Source: Nemertoderma westbladi (Eukaryota; Animalia; Xenacoelomorpha). From it: a stretch of 64,000 nt of DNA. Below are positions 48,401-61,404 of this stretch, in pieces. The DNA lies in NCBI GenBank assembly GCA_032718475.1, contig JAUCBJ010009104.1, positions 1-64,000 of the forward strand, in the 5' to 3' direction. The notes beneath the pieces were generated by a model. The model was not told where the DNA came from, did no database searches, and worked only from the letters and a program-made list of their open reading frames with translations. A program made the translations under genes and the position numbers. How positions within the stretch are numbered: the first letter of the stretch is position 1; each line of letters opens with the position of its first letter.

Positions 48401-49696
48401 AGAGACTCAGCTGCTGAGAAGTTAGACAGTGCTGGATTCGCCATTTTCAAGGACATTTGTATACAGAACTTACATTCCTCTGTTATACAAAGACCTCGAA
48501 TCCCCATGGGTTATTCTATCGTGGAAGTTCAGACACTGGGTTCGCTTGAGGAGACAGCCACACCTACCTCAGCTATACAATTGGAAGACGAACCAATATG
48601 CTTAGAATCCGAGGAGATTCAGCCCATAGCGCCCCGGAGCAGTGACAACGATTACGTCCTGGAATGGTATCAAGGTCCACAATGTCTCACCGCGTACGAT
48701 TATCGGCATGCCAATTATGTCTCTAGGAAACGTTGCCGATTATGCGCATCTCGAGACCATTTCACCCCTGTGGACTCCAACGTACCCTGCTCCTACTTCC
48801 ATGAACAGCCTACGATGGAGATCTATTGTGTGTATTGTAGATTCAATAACTTGCACATTTTCGCAGTCTGCCCCCAATTTATGACTCAATGTCATCATTG
48901 TCAGTTTAAAGGACATGCAAGTTTTGATTGCCCTTTCAACCGCGATCTGGAAAGTGTAGATGAAACGATTACCCTACGCTACATCCGAGCCTGGGAAGCG
49001 AACGCGGATTTACATTGTGAGTCACGTCATCGCTATTACCCTGGACATGCCTACGAAGGAGTTTATGCATTCCACCCGTATCTATTCGCGTCCATTGAAC
49101 AAAAATCTCGCACACCGAGTTACGAACTAATGAAGCGTGTTGGCGAGAATATTTCGACCAAATTTGTTCGTAAATATCTCAGGAACATTAATCCCAACGA
49201 TCTTAATTCCTCTAACTTGATCAACTTCATCCGTCAAGATCCGGAATATGGTGACTTGTTCATCAACTCGCATCCAGAACTACAGGAAGTTCATAGACGA
49301 CCCTATGAATATAGAGCCCAAGAACGCGAGTTAGAAAGAACCATCGAACCGAGGAAATTTCTCACTACTCACGGTCCACCTACCGCTCTCGTGCAGACGA
49401 CTCGTCAGAGACCAGTAAGAGCTGCTGTCCTGAAACGTGCTCTGAAGGTTGTTCGACCTCGCTCCACTGAGGTTGATATCGATCAACCGGGTACCTCGAC
49501 CGGCGGATACACCGACCGTAATCCTAAACCTTCCGATGCAATTGTATTGAACCCTTCACCCAGGAGTTATAGCCCTCCTAGTAAAGTGGCTCGCCCCAAA
49601 GAGAAAAAAAACTGCGTAAACGCCGTTCGCGTAAGAAAGACTAACTGTTTAGAGTATTTTTATATTTTAGAAACTGTGATTTTTTATATTTTATAG
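45412..49696 (+). pseudogene. BEL-B accessory ORF3 (~1,400 codons, a few stops/frameshifts): Cys/His motif, DEDDy-like 3'-5' exonuclease domain, Zn-knuckle cluster
   Basis: ORF 45412-46557 continues through in-frame stops to ~46860; then 46959-47489, 47429-47620 and same-frame 47642-49696. Motifs VVTYVKE, LPQPVLEMLFNERILKIGSAVYGDL, FVDTQLIA, SIGHLA, YTIFE; CRLC...H, CVYC....H....C, CHHC...GH....C. Confidence 0.75.
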
Positions 49697-49714
49697 AATT
49701 AAATCCCATTTTCT

Positions 49715-49722
49715 GGGAGCGG
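49715..49722 (+). promoter_or_regulatory. Polypurine tract of BEL-B (GGGAGCGG)
   Basis: Abuts TG of the 3' LTR. Confidence 0.8.
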
Positions 49723-50864
49723 TGTAAAAGCTTTTGCGGATATAACAAGTAATTTTTCTCCGCAATGTACTGTGTAGGTGTTTTAGCGTACATAACAAGC
49801 CATTTTCTCCGCAGTGTACCGTGTAAGTGCTTTAGCGGACATAATAAGCCATTTTCTGCCGCAATGCACCTAATACTCTAAAAGACTGGAACTCAGATGA
49901 CGAAATCTGTCAGCTGATTTACTGTCAACGTGGAACCTCTCTTTGTTCAGCTCGCTCAGCCAATCACAGCGATTTTCATTTTATCTTGTACAGAGGCCTA
50001 TGGAAAACCGCGCAATGCATTATGGTTTTTGTTTACCTTTCTGAGCCTCAGAACATCGGCTTAGAAATTCTTCTGTGCTTCTGTAGAAGTTTCAGACTTT
50101 GGCAAACATTAGACGGCTTTGATTATAAGAACGTAAATCTATTATCAAACCTGGCAAATCACACCAAACCATACCAAACTGCATTATTTTACTTCTGTTT
50201 ACTGTCTGTTATTAATTGTTATATGTTGATGGATATGTTGTTATATTTGGAGAATACCGATAAATAATCATAAAACCCCAATCTTCTTGATTACTGAAGG
50301 TAAGAGGGACCGGTTACCTGTAGCAATTGCGACTTACATTATAGTGGTTTTAGTGTGAATTAAATGCTATTTCATAATCCCTACATGTGTCAGTTGCTAT
50401 CCTCCTTATATATGGTCAAATTCAGTGATGGTCGGCAGATCAGTGTGCAGCAGTGTGAAGTCGTATGCAGTAGTGTGACAGATAATAAAGCATCTCCTAA
50501 AGAATGCGCTATTTACGAAAATCAGTAGCCATCTCGTTGTGTTTAGTATAAGTCATAACTCTGTTTTTATACTTAAAGCGCCACGTCCTAAAGGAACTGT
50601 TAATATTTCCCCGAAAGTGAATAATATTGTCAGAGATTATATAGTAACGATCAATCGAATAATACCGTAGGTCTGCACCGCAATCCCTTCAAAGCATCCG
50701 AATCCAGTCTCCCTTAACTGTGGGTGAATGATCGCGCATAGACTGGCTTTGGCTAATGTTATTTCATGTGCACTAAATACTTGTCATAGGCTAAAGTCGA
50801 TTTATAAACAAGAGGACACCTAAAATTGGCAGGTTAAACTGCTTAATTTCTGAAAGCGCGAACA
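49723..50864 (+). repeat. BEL-B 3' LTR
   Basis: Matches the 5' LTR; followed by TSD AATAT. Confidence 0.97.
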
Positions 50865-51347
50865 AATATGATATGAATGTGATTTTAAAAAAATGCGATA
50901 TGATACGAAAATGTTTTGTAATTTTTTCGTATCATAAAAAATTTATATATTATTAATTTCATAGTTATACGAAATCAGGATTATTATTTTAGAAAATTAT
51001 TTGACGATTTCAAATGATTTGACTATAAGTATTGCTGCTGTTTCAGTCTGTTATGACATATGAATGATTGATATGAACTTCAACTTAATTTAGGAACACA
51101 GTTTACAGTAAGAGTTTTAATTCTTAGGTACTTATTTTTCAATTATCAAATTAACATAAATTCAATGGGCTGGCAGAAACAGCACCCCAATTGGAAATTT
51201 GCCTATGGTAAATAGAAAAAACTAAAAACCAACTACCGCAAATACCGCAGTAGTTGGCATTTGCGCAAGCGGTAGAGGTAGCGGTAGTAAAAAGCTCGGT
51301 ATTTGCAGTAGCGGTATCGGTAGCACCGTACGATCCCTGGATGTCAG

Positions 51348-52110
51348 ATCGGTCAGGCCTGGCTAGGAGCAATCATATACACCGACCACTTTCTACTGTT
51401 AGGTACCTCTGCAACTGATATCGAGAGCATGGTCACTGGTCAGCTGTTTGTCCCTTGGTGCCAAAAGGGTAGGTCTGGAATTCTCAGCAGTAAAAACCTC
51501 ATGGATTGTTGTGCATAATGGACACCACAAAATGGAACATACTACCTGCTTTATAACGATCAATGGCGTTTTAGTCGCCAGGAGCTCTTCCATTATATTC
51601 CTGGGCTTCAGAATCACCAGCCATCCAAAACCCAGGGATATACTCAATGATGCAATCCAGTCTATTTCCCGTTTCTCTCAGATCTTATAGGAAGGGTTGG
51701 ACTTCTAGATGGTTACCTAAGAACGTCGTTTACTACCTTTGGAATTCACTCGCTGTGCCTACCATCATGTACCAATTGAAATTTAATATAGGAGGTGCAT
51801 TGCACCTCCTATAGGAGGACAAGCAGCCATTTGGATTCCCTTGACAGAATGTACTGCAAATCGCTTCGTGGTCTGATTCACCTCTGCTCCTCTATCACCT
51901 CTCAGGATGTTGTTACCCTATATCGATGGTGGTACTCCGTTTGTGTACTGCTCCGTACTTTATGGAATGTCCAAGTTATTCCATCGAGCTGGGAGCACAT
52001 TGGAGCTCCCACATTAATAGACCGCGTCAGTGCCAATTTCATTGAGACTAGTCTCAATCTTCCATCACTGAGTTTGGAAAGCAATACGATCTCGGATACG
52101 CGAGTACTAT
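51348..52110 (+). mobile_element. Old LINE RT relic, right part
   Basis: IGQAWLGAIIYTD, GLEFSAVKT, IIFLGF, LDRMYCKSLRGL: degenerate RT C-terminal motifs. Confidence 0.55.
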
Positions 52111-52689
52111 AATGTGGATGTATAACATATTGCTATGCTAAGTTGAGCGAATAGTCAGCTTTTCACATCTACAACACCCCCCCCCCCCCCAAACCTCTCC
52201 TTCCACAAACTATTATGTTTGACAATATAATTAGCTTTTATTTGTTATTTGCTGCTATTGGTTATCGGTATTATTGGTTGCTGTTATCGATTGTTACCTG
52301 CTGCTAATGTTATTTCCCTATTTTCCCTATTTGACATTTCCGATGTTATGCGCATCTTAATATAGTATGTTACGAATATGATTTCGGCTAGATACATTTT
52401 TACTTCTGTTTTTTTCTCACATTTTAATTGACCAATATAATACTGGTTCATCCGGGGGATTTTATGAAATAAAAAAACTTTAAGTATGTTAAAGAGTCCA
52501 CCATACTGGCATTACAGGCTACAGGGGAATCTTATGAGTGTCATGGTGGACCTTCACATTGTCTGACCCGCCTTCTGCAAGTCAGTCGCGATGCGATGTA
52601 TGAAATGACGCAAAGTAATTTTAGGTTAAAACAAAAACATGAGTTTATATAAAAATTCGAAGATTCTGAATTGGCTTAATTTTGAGATA

Positions 52690-53140
52690 GGACTTCCTAT
52701 CGACTACATTAGGTCCTTCCAGACTTCCTGATTCTCCATGGTTGTTGTAATTTCATTGAACCGTGATCTACTTTCACGTAATGTAGTTCATACATGTGGA
52801 TTGTACCATAAAGCTCGGCAATTGTCATGTGTTGCCTCCAGCTAATGTTTTGGGCAACCCTTCGTAGTCTTGTGTAGCAGCCATCAATTCGTTGTTCAAG
52901 TTATTTTTTCAGTGTCCAGGTCTCACCCCCGTATATAAGTACACTGTGACTGGAAAGAATTTGGCCTTCAGTTGATGGAAGAGGTATGATTTCCAAATGG
53001 TAACCATTTTTGATAGAGCTACCCAAGCCTTTGCTTTTCAAATTTACATATTTACATTTTCGTATTTTCTGGAGCTCTCAATCTATGACCCAAGTTGATG
53101 GAAGTCATAAATGTTTTTAACCAGATGTTTTGATTGTGGC
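52690..53140 (-). mobile_element. RTE-clade LINE fragment
   Basis: Minus strand SVLIYGGETWTLKK*LEQRIDGCYTRLRRVAQNISWRQHMTIAELYG. Confidence 0.75.
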
Positions 53141-53508
53141 CAGTCTTACACGAATGGAGCCAATGTGTCACCTTCCAGTACACCAACACCAGCCAGGATT
53201 AATAAGGAACTCAGTTTCACCATAATTTATATACCTTTTATAAAATCTAATATTGAACATTCTAACAGTTATAATACGGAGTGCTTGTGACATTATTTTA
53301 TTCCAAATGAACCCTCGATTTAATATTTCCAATATTGTAATAATGAGCCCTTACTTTTAATTCGTTGTATTTTAGAATGTGGAATCGTTAAGGTCCTTTC
53401 AATTGACTATATGCGCTTAGTTAGTGCGGTTACTTACTGGTATACCTACCAATACCAAGTGATATTCAAACTTGGTATAATATATCAATGGTATCAATTG
53501 GCTATATC

Positions 53509-56500
53509 CAGTGCCGGATTATGCCTCTGGTGGCCCTAATGCATATTTTAGTAATCTCCAAAAATGGCCCGAAAATTGATCTTTTTCCGCAAACCCTTTC
53601 AAAAGAAAAAGTTGCTAAAAAACTGTGAAAATGTTGCGAAGGAAAAATAGTATTTTCATTGGATGACTGCGTGCAAATAAGTACTAAGTACTTTAATGAT
53701 AAGTACTTTGCAAAAATAGTTTTCATCAGGAATTGTAACATTACTAAACGGCATTATATTTTGCCTATAAACCCTTTGCTATAAAAAGTGTAATGGTTTT
53801 GGTAGAATTTCTCACGCTTTAATTTTTAATATATTAATGGGACCATTGCCCCAAATATCTATTTGTTTTATTTATAAAGCTACTATTCTGAAATGTTAAC
53901 ACAATGATCTGTGTTCTTTTATATACGAGAAAGGCATTTCCTAAAGGAAATGCAACCACGAAGCTAAGGAAAATTAAACAAACGGCCACACTTTGGTTCG
54001 TTGCTTAGCCTCGTTTAGTAGCAATTGTCAATAATTAACTTCTATTCCCATGGAAACTAGAGTTCTCTGGAACTGTTGCTTTAACCTTTGAAAAAAAATT
54101 CAGTACAGATTGTGGTTCAGATAACACATATACTGAGTTTCAGAAAATATTGTAGTTTATGTCCAGATTACCGATTTTCTATCAAATTGCATCTGTTTGC
54201 AGTGGTTGTCATGGAAACTGAAAAATAGAACAATGTAATTCGGATGCAGAATAAGTCATATTGTGGGGGTAGGGGTTAGTCCCAAGTCATAATACTATTA
54301 ACTTGTGCTTCAAATTATCATTTTATAAATTTTAACATCTGTTTAGACTTGTTGCTATGGTAACTGTATTTTCTAATTAACCTCAAACGGCTTGGATATG
54401 GATCTTATAGATGAGTTGCAAAACCCCAAGTTTATATATATTACAGTTTTGCTACAAATAGAGTTATCAATATAGATTTGAATGATATAGAGTTTAATAA
54501 ACTACAGTTACCATGGTAAGTAAATTTCTGGAATAATTTAAGTTTCACTAAAAGTTCCAACTCGTGGTCCAGATAACACATACCCAGTTTTGTAAAATTT
54601 TATCGTGAAGTCTATGTCCAAATGAATAAGTTTTGAATAAAAACATCTGTTTTCAGCGGTTGTCATGGTAACTGAAAAATAGAACAATGTAATTCGGATG
54701 CAGAATAAGTTATATAGTGAGGGTGGGGTTGGTCCCAAGTCATAACACCTTGCCCTTAGGCCTCAAATTAACATTTTATAAATTTTAACATCTGTTTAGC
54801 CTGGTTGCCAAGGTAACTGGATTTTCTATTTAACCTAAATCGGCTCTGCTATGGACCTTATAGTTGAGTTGAGAAACCCCAAGTTTATATGTATTATAGT
54901 TTTCCTACAAATAGAGTTACAAATCTTGACTTGAAATACATAGACTTTTTTCTAAGTCCGTTGTCATGGAAACCAGATTTTTCCTGGATATAAGACCCAT
55001 TCCACACGACGCGCCTTGATGAGTACAGTAGTATATACATGCAAACTGATGAGTACAGTAGTATATACATGCAAAATTTCAGGGTACTTTTAAAGGCTAT
55101 TTTTTTCTGGAATTAAAAAACACTAAATCTGCTCCATACAAGTAAAATAGCCCACTATGAATAGACCATCTCAGCTAAGGAAAATCTTTCTTAGCGAAAG
55201 TAGTTGATTTTCCTTAGCTTCGTGGATATACTGAGTTTCAGAAAAAATTGTAGTTTATGTCCAAATTACCGATTTTCTATCAAAATGCATCTGTTTTCAG
55301 CGGTTGTCATGGTAACTGAAAAATAGAACAATGTAATTCGGATGCAGAATAAGTTATATAGTGGGGGTAGGGGTTGGTCCCAAGTCATAACACCTTGCCC
55401 TTAGGCTTCAAATTAACATTTTATAAATTTTAACATCTGTTTATCCCGGTTGCCAAGGTAACTGGATTTTCTATTTAGCCTCAATCGGATCTGCTATGGA
55501 CCTTATAGTTGTGTTGCGAAACCCCAAGTTTATATCTATTATAGTTTTCCTACAAATAGAGTTATAAATATTGACTTGAAATACATAGACTTTTTTTGAA
55601 GTCCGTTGCCATGGAAACCAGATTTTTCCTGGATATGAGACCCGGCCCAAAAGATGCGCATCGACGAGTAGTACATACATGCAAAAATTCAGGGTACTTT
55701 TAAAGGCTAGTTTTTTCGCCTATCAAAAAACCCCAAATCTGCTCCATACAAGTAAAATAGCCCACTATGAATAGACCATCTCAGCTAAGGAAAATCTTTC
55801 ATAGCGAAAGTAGTTGATTTTCCTTAGCTTCGTGGATATATTACAGTTTTGCTAGAAATAGAGTTACTAGAAAGGCATTTCCTAAAGGAAATGCAACCAC
55901 GAAGCTAAGGAAAATTAAACAAACGGCCACAATTTGGTTCGTTGCTTAGCCTAGTTTAGTAGCATTTGCCAATAAATAACTTCTATTCCCATGGAAACTA
56001 GAGTTCTCTGGAACTGTTGGTTTTACCTTTGAAAAAAGATTCAGTCCAGATTGTTTTTCAGATAACACATCGAGTTTCAGAAAATATTGTAGTTTATGTC
56101 CAAATTACAGATTTTCTATCAAAATGCATCTGTTTGCAGTGGTTGTCATGGAAACTGAAAAATAGAACAATGTAATTCGGATGCAGAATAAGTCATATAG
56201 TGGGGGTAGGTGTTGGTCCCAAGTCATAATACTATTAAATTGTGCTTCAAATTATCATTTTATTAATTTTAACATCTGTTTACTCTTGTTGCTATGGTAA
56301 ATGGATTTTCTAATTAACTTCGAACGGCTTGTATATGGACCTTATAGATGAGTTGCAAAACCCCAAGTTTATATATATTACAGTTTTTCTCCAAATAGAG
56401 TTATGATTATAGACTTGAATGATATATAACTTTAAAAAAACTACAGTTACCATGGTAACTAGATATTTCTGGAATGTTTTGAGTTTCACTAAAAGTTCCA

Positions 56501-58272
56501 ACTAGTGGTCCAGATAACACATACCTAGTTTCGTAAAATTTTATAGCGAAGTCTATGTACAAATGAATAATTTTCGTATAAAAACATCTGTTTTCAGCGG
56601 TTGTCAAGGTAACTGCAAAATAGAACAATCAAATTCGGACGCAGAATAATTTATATAGTGGGGGTAGGGATTGGTCCCAAGTCATCACACCTTAACCTTA
56701 GGCTTCAAATTAACATTTTAAAAATTTTAACATCTGTTTAGCCTGGTTGCGAAGGTAACTGGATTTTCTATTTAACCTCAATCGGCTCTGCTATGGACCT
56801 TATAGTTGTGTTGAGAAACCCCAAGTTTATATGTATTATAGTTTTCCTACAAATAGAGTTACAAATATTGACTTGAAATACATAGACTTTTTTCTAAGTC
56901 CGTTGCCATGGAAACCAGATTTTTCCTGGAGATGAGACCCATCCCACACGACGCGCCTTGATGAGTTGTATATACATGCAAAATTTCAGGGTACTTTTAA
57001 AGGCTAGTTTTTTCCCCGACCAAAAAAAACCAAATCTGCCTCACACAAGTAAAATAGCCCACTATGAATACACCATCTCAGCTAAGGAAAATCTTTCTTA
57101 GCGAAAGTAGTTGATTTTCCTTAGCTTCGTGGATCAAAATGCATCTGTTTGCAGTGGTTGTCATGGAAACTGAAAAATAGAACAATGTAATTCGGATGCA
57201 GAATAAGTCATATAGTGGGGGTAGGTGTTGGTCCCAAGTCATAATACTATTAAATTGTGCTTCAAATTATCATTTTATTAATTTTAACATTTGTTTACTC
57301 TTGTTGCTATGGTAAATGGATTTTCTAATTAACTTCGAACGGCTTGTATATGGACCTTATAGATGAGTTACAAAACCCCAAGTTTATATATATTACAGTT
57401 TTGCTAGAAATAGAGTTATCAATATAGACTTGAATGATATAGAGTTTAATAAACTACAGTTACCATGGTAACTAAATTTCTGGAATGATTTAAGTTTCAC
57501 TAAAAGTTCCAACTAGTGGTGCAGATAACACATACCCAGTTTTGTAAAATTTTATCGCGAAGTCTATGTCCAAATGAATAATTTTTGTCTTTTATATACT
57601 ATGAAAACTGAGTATAGATAGCTTCATAAACCGTTTGTTCGAAAAATATGGCACTTTTTGAGCAAGTCGGTTTTTTTCAAAAATTCTATAAATTTTGAGG
57701 CATTTATATGTAAATTAGCTCATGTTTGAGGATCTGTAATACCACCTGCAATCTGCATTGAATTACAGGACTTTCTGAGAAATATAACACACCAAAAGTG
57801 TGGGCTTAGTGCAAAGATATAATATTTCTGATCTAGATTTTGACTTGCTGAGAAAGTAATGTTCTTCGATAAGATAACAGTCTCGGAAATAAGCACTTTT
57901 TGTCACTAATTTTAATTTACCCAAATTAAATTATGCTGTCCGAGAGTTTTAGGTTATTGCAGGAATTGCGCCTAAAATGACATCGAATGCAAAATTCAAT
58001 TCACGAGGGCAGAACATCTCAATTTCGGTTAAATTAAATTACAGTAGTGACAAGAAGTTATTTCTGACACGTTTTTTTTTATCAACAACTATTTTATCTA
58101 CACCTAATTTATTCTTTTTGTTTATAATTTTTAATTTTTAACAATTTTTTAGAATTTTGCACTTTCTATCACATATTTAGTGATAGAAAGTAGGTGAAAG
58201 CTAAGAAAAAATGGCCCGAATTTTCGGCTGGCCCTAAGGCGCCTTATATGCCTTAAGGTTAATCCGGCACCG
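53509..58272. mobile_element. hAT-type MITE hosting a Helitron array
   Basis: TIR CAGTGCCGGATTA / TAATCCGGCACCG; 8-bp TSD GCTATATC (53501-53508, 58273-58280). Confidence 0.88.
53926..57587 (-). mobile_element. Concatemer of a ~1.3-kb non-autonomous Helitron (full copies 53926-55226 and 55867-57133; partials 55227-55836 and 57134-57587)
   Basis: Minus strand: A|TCCACG 5' end; GCATTTCC-TTTA-GGAAATGC hairpin then CTAG|T 3' end; internal ~420-bp duplication; subterminal inverted CCACGAAGCTAAGGAAAA. Confidence 0.8.
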
Positions 58273-58319
58273 GCTATATCAATGATATACTTGTTTGCTT
58301 ACCTCAATGGATGGGTTCT

Positions 58320-58420
58320 AAGTTTAACTAATTCTTTCTAAGTCCACGAAGGTCAGAACTTCAGGAAGGAACTGCTTAATTCCTTCTCCTAATCTCCCAG
58401 GCACTAATAGCCTATCCTAT
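58320..58420 (-). mobile_element. Small RTE RT relic
   Basis: RLGEGIKQFLPEVLTFVDL resembles GGIKSTNLPVVLTFVDF at ~63930-63981. Confidence 0.45.
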
Positions 58421-58973
58421 CTATATATAGGGAGCTATTGTTGATCTATTTATATATTCATGCATATCCTATCTCTGACATCTTAAGTCTGCTGTTAGAG
58501 AAGGATATGATGCAACTTAAGTTTGCATTTTCGATAGCTGGAAAGGTCTTCGAATTAGGGCCTCCTGATTCTGGTTGAGAAGCCCAAAGATATCACTATA
58601 CTAGACCTCTAGACTGCTGAATTTATGCATTACCATTTTCAATAGGAATCACCTTGAAGCTGATTGTTTCTGATTAATCATCTTGAGTAGCTGCAATAAC
58701 ACTACAATTATAATAATTACAAACACTTAAAGCACTAAAAATTTAATTAGATAAGAGTAAGCCATGGATCCATGACAACAAGCCACTTAGATGTTATGTT
58801 ATTTGCATGGAATTAAACACCTTGCAGAACGTACTGTGAGTTTTTGTTGGGATAAAGTTAATTATATTTTAATGTATATTTGAAAGTTTGGAATATCATT
58901 GTCCCTAGCAGCATTATACTATCCCTAATAATTAAATCACAAACAGCCAATGATGAGAGTCGAGTATTTTTAA

Positions 58974-59414
58974 GGCCCGTTTCCGCGCTGCTTTTTTTGA
59001 GCTGTATTTCAAGGTTTTTTTAGTTAAAACAATTTCTAGAAATTAATTGCTTCAAGATGAATCTGAGAATTTTGGAATGTTAAAACCTAAAATATAAAAA
59101 AAGTTCCAAAAAAAGCTTATAATAAAGCTTGGAAAAAAGCACAAAAAAAACTTTAAAAACTGCTCAAAAAAAACTGGGTGGAATATCATAATTATCTAAT
59201 TCTAGAACATTCCTATTATATCTTCATTTTAACTGAACGTTAGAAAAGGCATAACAAGCTTGAAAAAAAGCTCAAAAAGGCTTGAAAAAAAATCTCAATA
59301 AAATGCTTGGAAAAAAAGCTCAAAAAAGCTAGAAAATCAGCTCAAAAAAAGCTAGAAAAACAGCTCAAAAATTATCAGAATACGGCACATAAAAAAGCAG
59401 CGCGTAAACGGGCC
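58974..59414. mobile_element. MITE with ~24-bp TIRs, TTAA (or TA) TSD
   Basis: GGCCCGTTTCCGCGCTGCTTTTTT / AAAAAAGCAGCGCGTAAACGGGCC flanked by TTAA; internal AAAAGCT repeats. Confidence 0.88.
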
Positions 59415-60637
59415 TTAACTCTGATTAAAAAATCTTTTAATTTTTGTTTATAACATTACAAAATAATGAGAAACAATAGAGGTCACTAGCACTACAAATA
59501 TTTATTTTTTATAATTCAGTGCTACTCAAAAGTATATCTTTCAGTGTCAAAATATTTATTTATTTGGTAAATAATTAAGAAACTATTTGGTTGTTTATAT
59601 ATTGAATATTTTATGCTTTGCACCATATGTTGGTATGCCTTTTTTTTAAACAAAACTATACTACTACAGACTAAAGAGCAAATTGTCCATTGTAAATGTT
59701 AAAACTGAAATGAATTCAGAAGAAAGTGAAGTTATTTAGCATTCCCGCATTTGTATAACTCCAACTTCAGGGAAGGCTTGCTTCAGTGAGTTTGGATCGC
59801 GAATCTAACAGAAGCCTGATTGGTTGGCAATAATGGACATAATATATTCCTTCATAAAGGCAGCAGGAAGGGAAAGAAAATGTACCAAGAAAGAATTACA
59901 AGTTATATTAGAAAGTAAATTATAAAAATAAATAGAATAGTAATTGAAGTAAAGAAATGGACCTTTGATGATTGCGGAAAAGAAATTGAATGCGTCCTGG
60001 TGAATATGTAATGACCTCAGTTCTTACCCTACGAAAGTCAAACATATCTCACATTCAGTGTTTAATGAATCATTACAAACTCCTGGTTTCACCTAATTGA
60101 TTTACATTTACTGAAGGCTTGACTACCTGCACCTGATAACATGTAATGCAATTATTTCTTTAAAGTTCTTGATTTTTTTTACAGCACGTGCCTCCTATAA
60201 ATGCAACAAACATCTGATGACATAATAGTATTGCTTCTATATACCGTAATATTCGAAAACTAATCAAAATTCTAAGCTTCTATAGGTTTACATAAATATT
60301 TTAGTTAGAAAAAATTCGGCTCCTGTTTTCAATAACGACATAATGATGTTAGCAACGTCAGTTTCATTAAATTTTAATTAATTAAATATTATAAATATTA
60401 AATTAAATTAAATATTAAATTAATTATAATCTACTCTAATTATATTATATTTCTTTAAATCTTAATTGAAATAAATCATGAGTGTATCTTTTGAATTGCA
60501 GACAGTCAACTGCTCAAGCACTATAAAGTAGTGTGGTACCAAGGTAACAGAGAATGACATGGAATAACCCATTGTTGTAATGCATGCTTATAAATTTTGC
60601 ACATAACTGCTGATGCTATTGACGTGCATATTGATTA

Positions 60638-60990
60638 CAGGGATGCCGAGTCGGAGTCTCAGTCATCCGGAGTCCATGATTTTAGGCCGAGTTGAAGTCC
60701 TTAAATAGTTCAAATAAGTATACACATGACTCCGTCCCGAAAATTCATCATTAATTATACCAAAATGATGATTTCTTCTTTCAAAAATGATCGTATTTAT
60801 TTGCTGACAATTTACATGAAGTTTAAATTACGCCCTCATTAAGTGAGTCAATAGATTAAGTAATAAATTAAGCCCTCATTTTGTATAATTTTGATTTGAG
60901 AAAGATTTTGGTCTTAGTCGTATGCCTGACGGAGTCTTGTTGTAGTCGAATTAATTTTTTTTACAAAGGAGTCGGAATCGTTTGATTTTG
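60638..60990 (+). mobile_element. Degraded hAT-like MITE (CAGGG start, GGAGTC repeats)
   Basis: CAGGGATGCCGAGTCGGAGTC.. and further GGAGTC motifs; right TIR not found. Confidence 0.35.
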
Positions 60991-61404
60991 TCAGGAACCG
61001 TGATTATTTATAAATATAATTATCATATATTATTCTAGGCAAATTTTCTCCAATTATTTCTGCTGTCCAATATAGATTTCTGCTGTCCTAGATATTATGC
61101 AGAAATTCTCTACAATAACTAGAAAGCCAGCAATCTGGCCGGAAGGAGCCCGGGGGAAGAATCCTGGCCAAGACTATTACAAAGAACTCTGCCAGTTAGC
61201 AGTAAGTAAACTAAACAATTGTAAAAACTGTAAGGCGTGAGGCTGGCTGACTTAGTGGCTCGCCCCACATAATAAAAAATGAAACTTAGCTACCACTAAC
61301 AAAAATATAATATGAAGCAAATAATTTCATTATCAAGCATGTTTATAAGATATAAGATACGATTACCGAATATTTATAAGAAATGCCCATGATGCACAAC
61401 CAGA

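Larger units (their letters stand above)
33099..50864 (+). mobile_element. BEL/Pao LTR retrotransposon B, full-length (17,766 bp) with accessory ORF
   Basis: Two 1142-bp TGT...ACA LTRs (~18 differences by eye), 5-bp TSD AATAT (33094-33098, 50865-50869), gag-PR-RT-RH-IN order. Confidence 0.97.
32734..51339. mobile_element. hAT-type MITE (~835 bp: 32734-33098 + 50870-51339) split by BEL-B
   Basis: TIR CAGGGATCGTACGGT / ACCGTACGATCCCTG, 8-bp TSD GATGTCAG (32726-32733, 51340-51347), subterminal GCGGTA repeats. Confidence 0.92.

Noticed and set aside
45412-49696. env gene
   Set aside because: No signal peptide, hydrophobic transmembrane segment or fusion-protein pattern visible.
59771-59781. Extra copy of the BEL-A hairpin motif (GGAAGGCTTGC)
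   Set aside because: Only a half-site outside the element; plausible by chance. The same applies to GTAGGCTCGC at ~46396.
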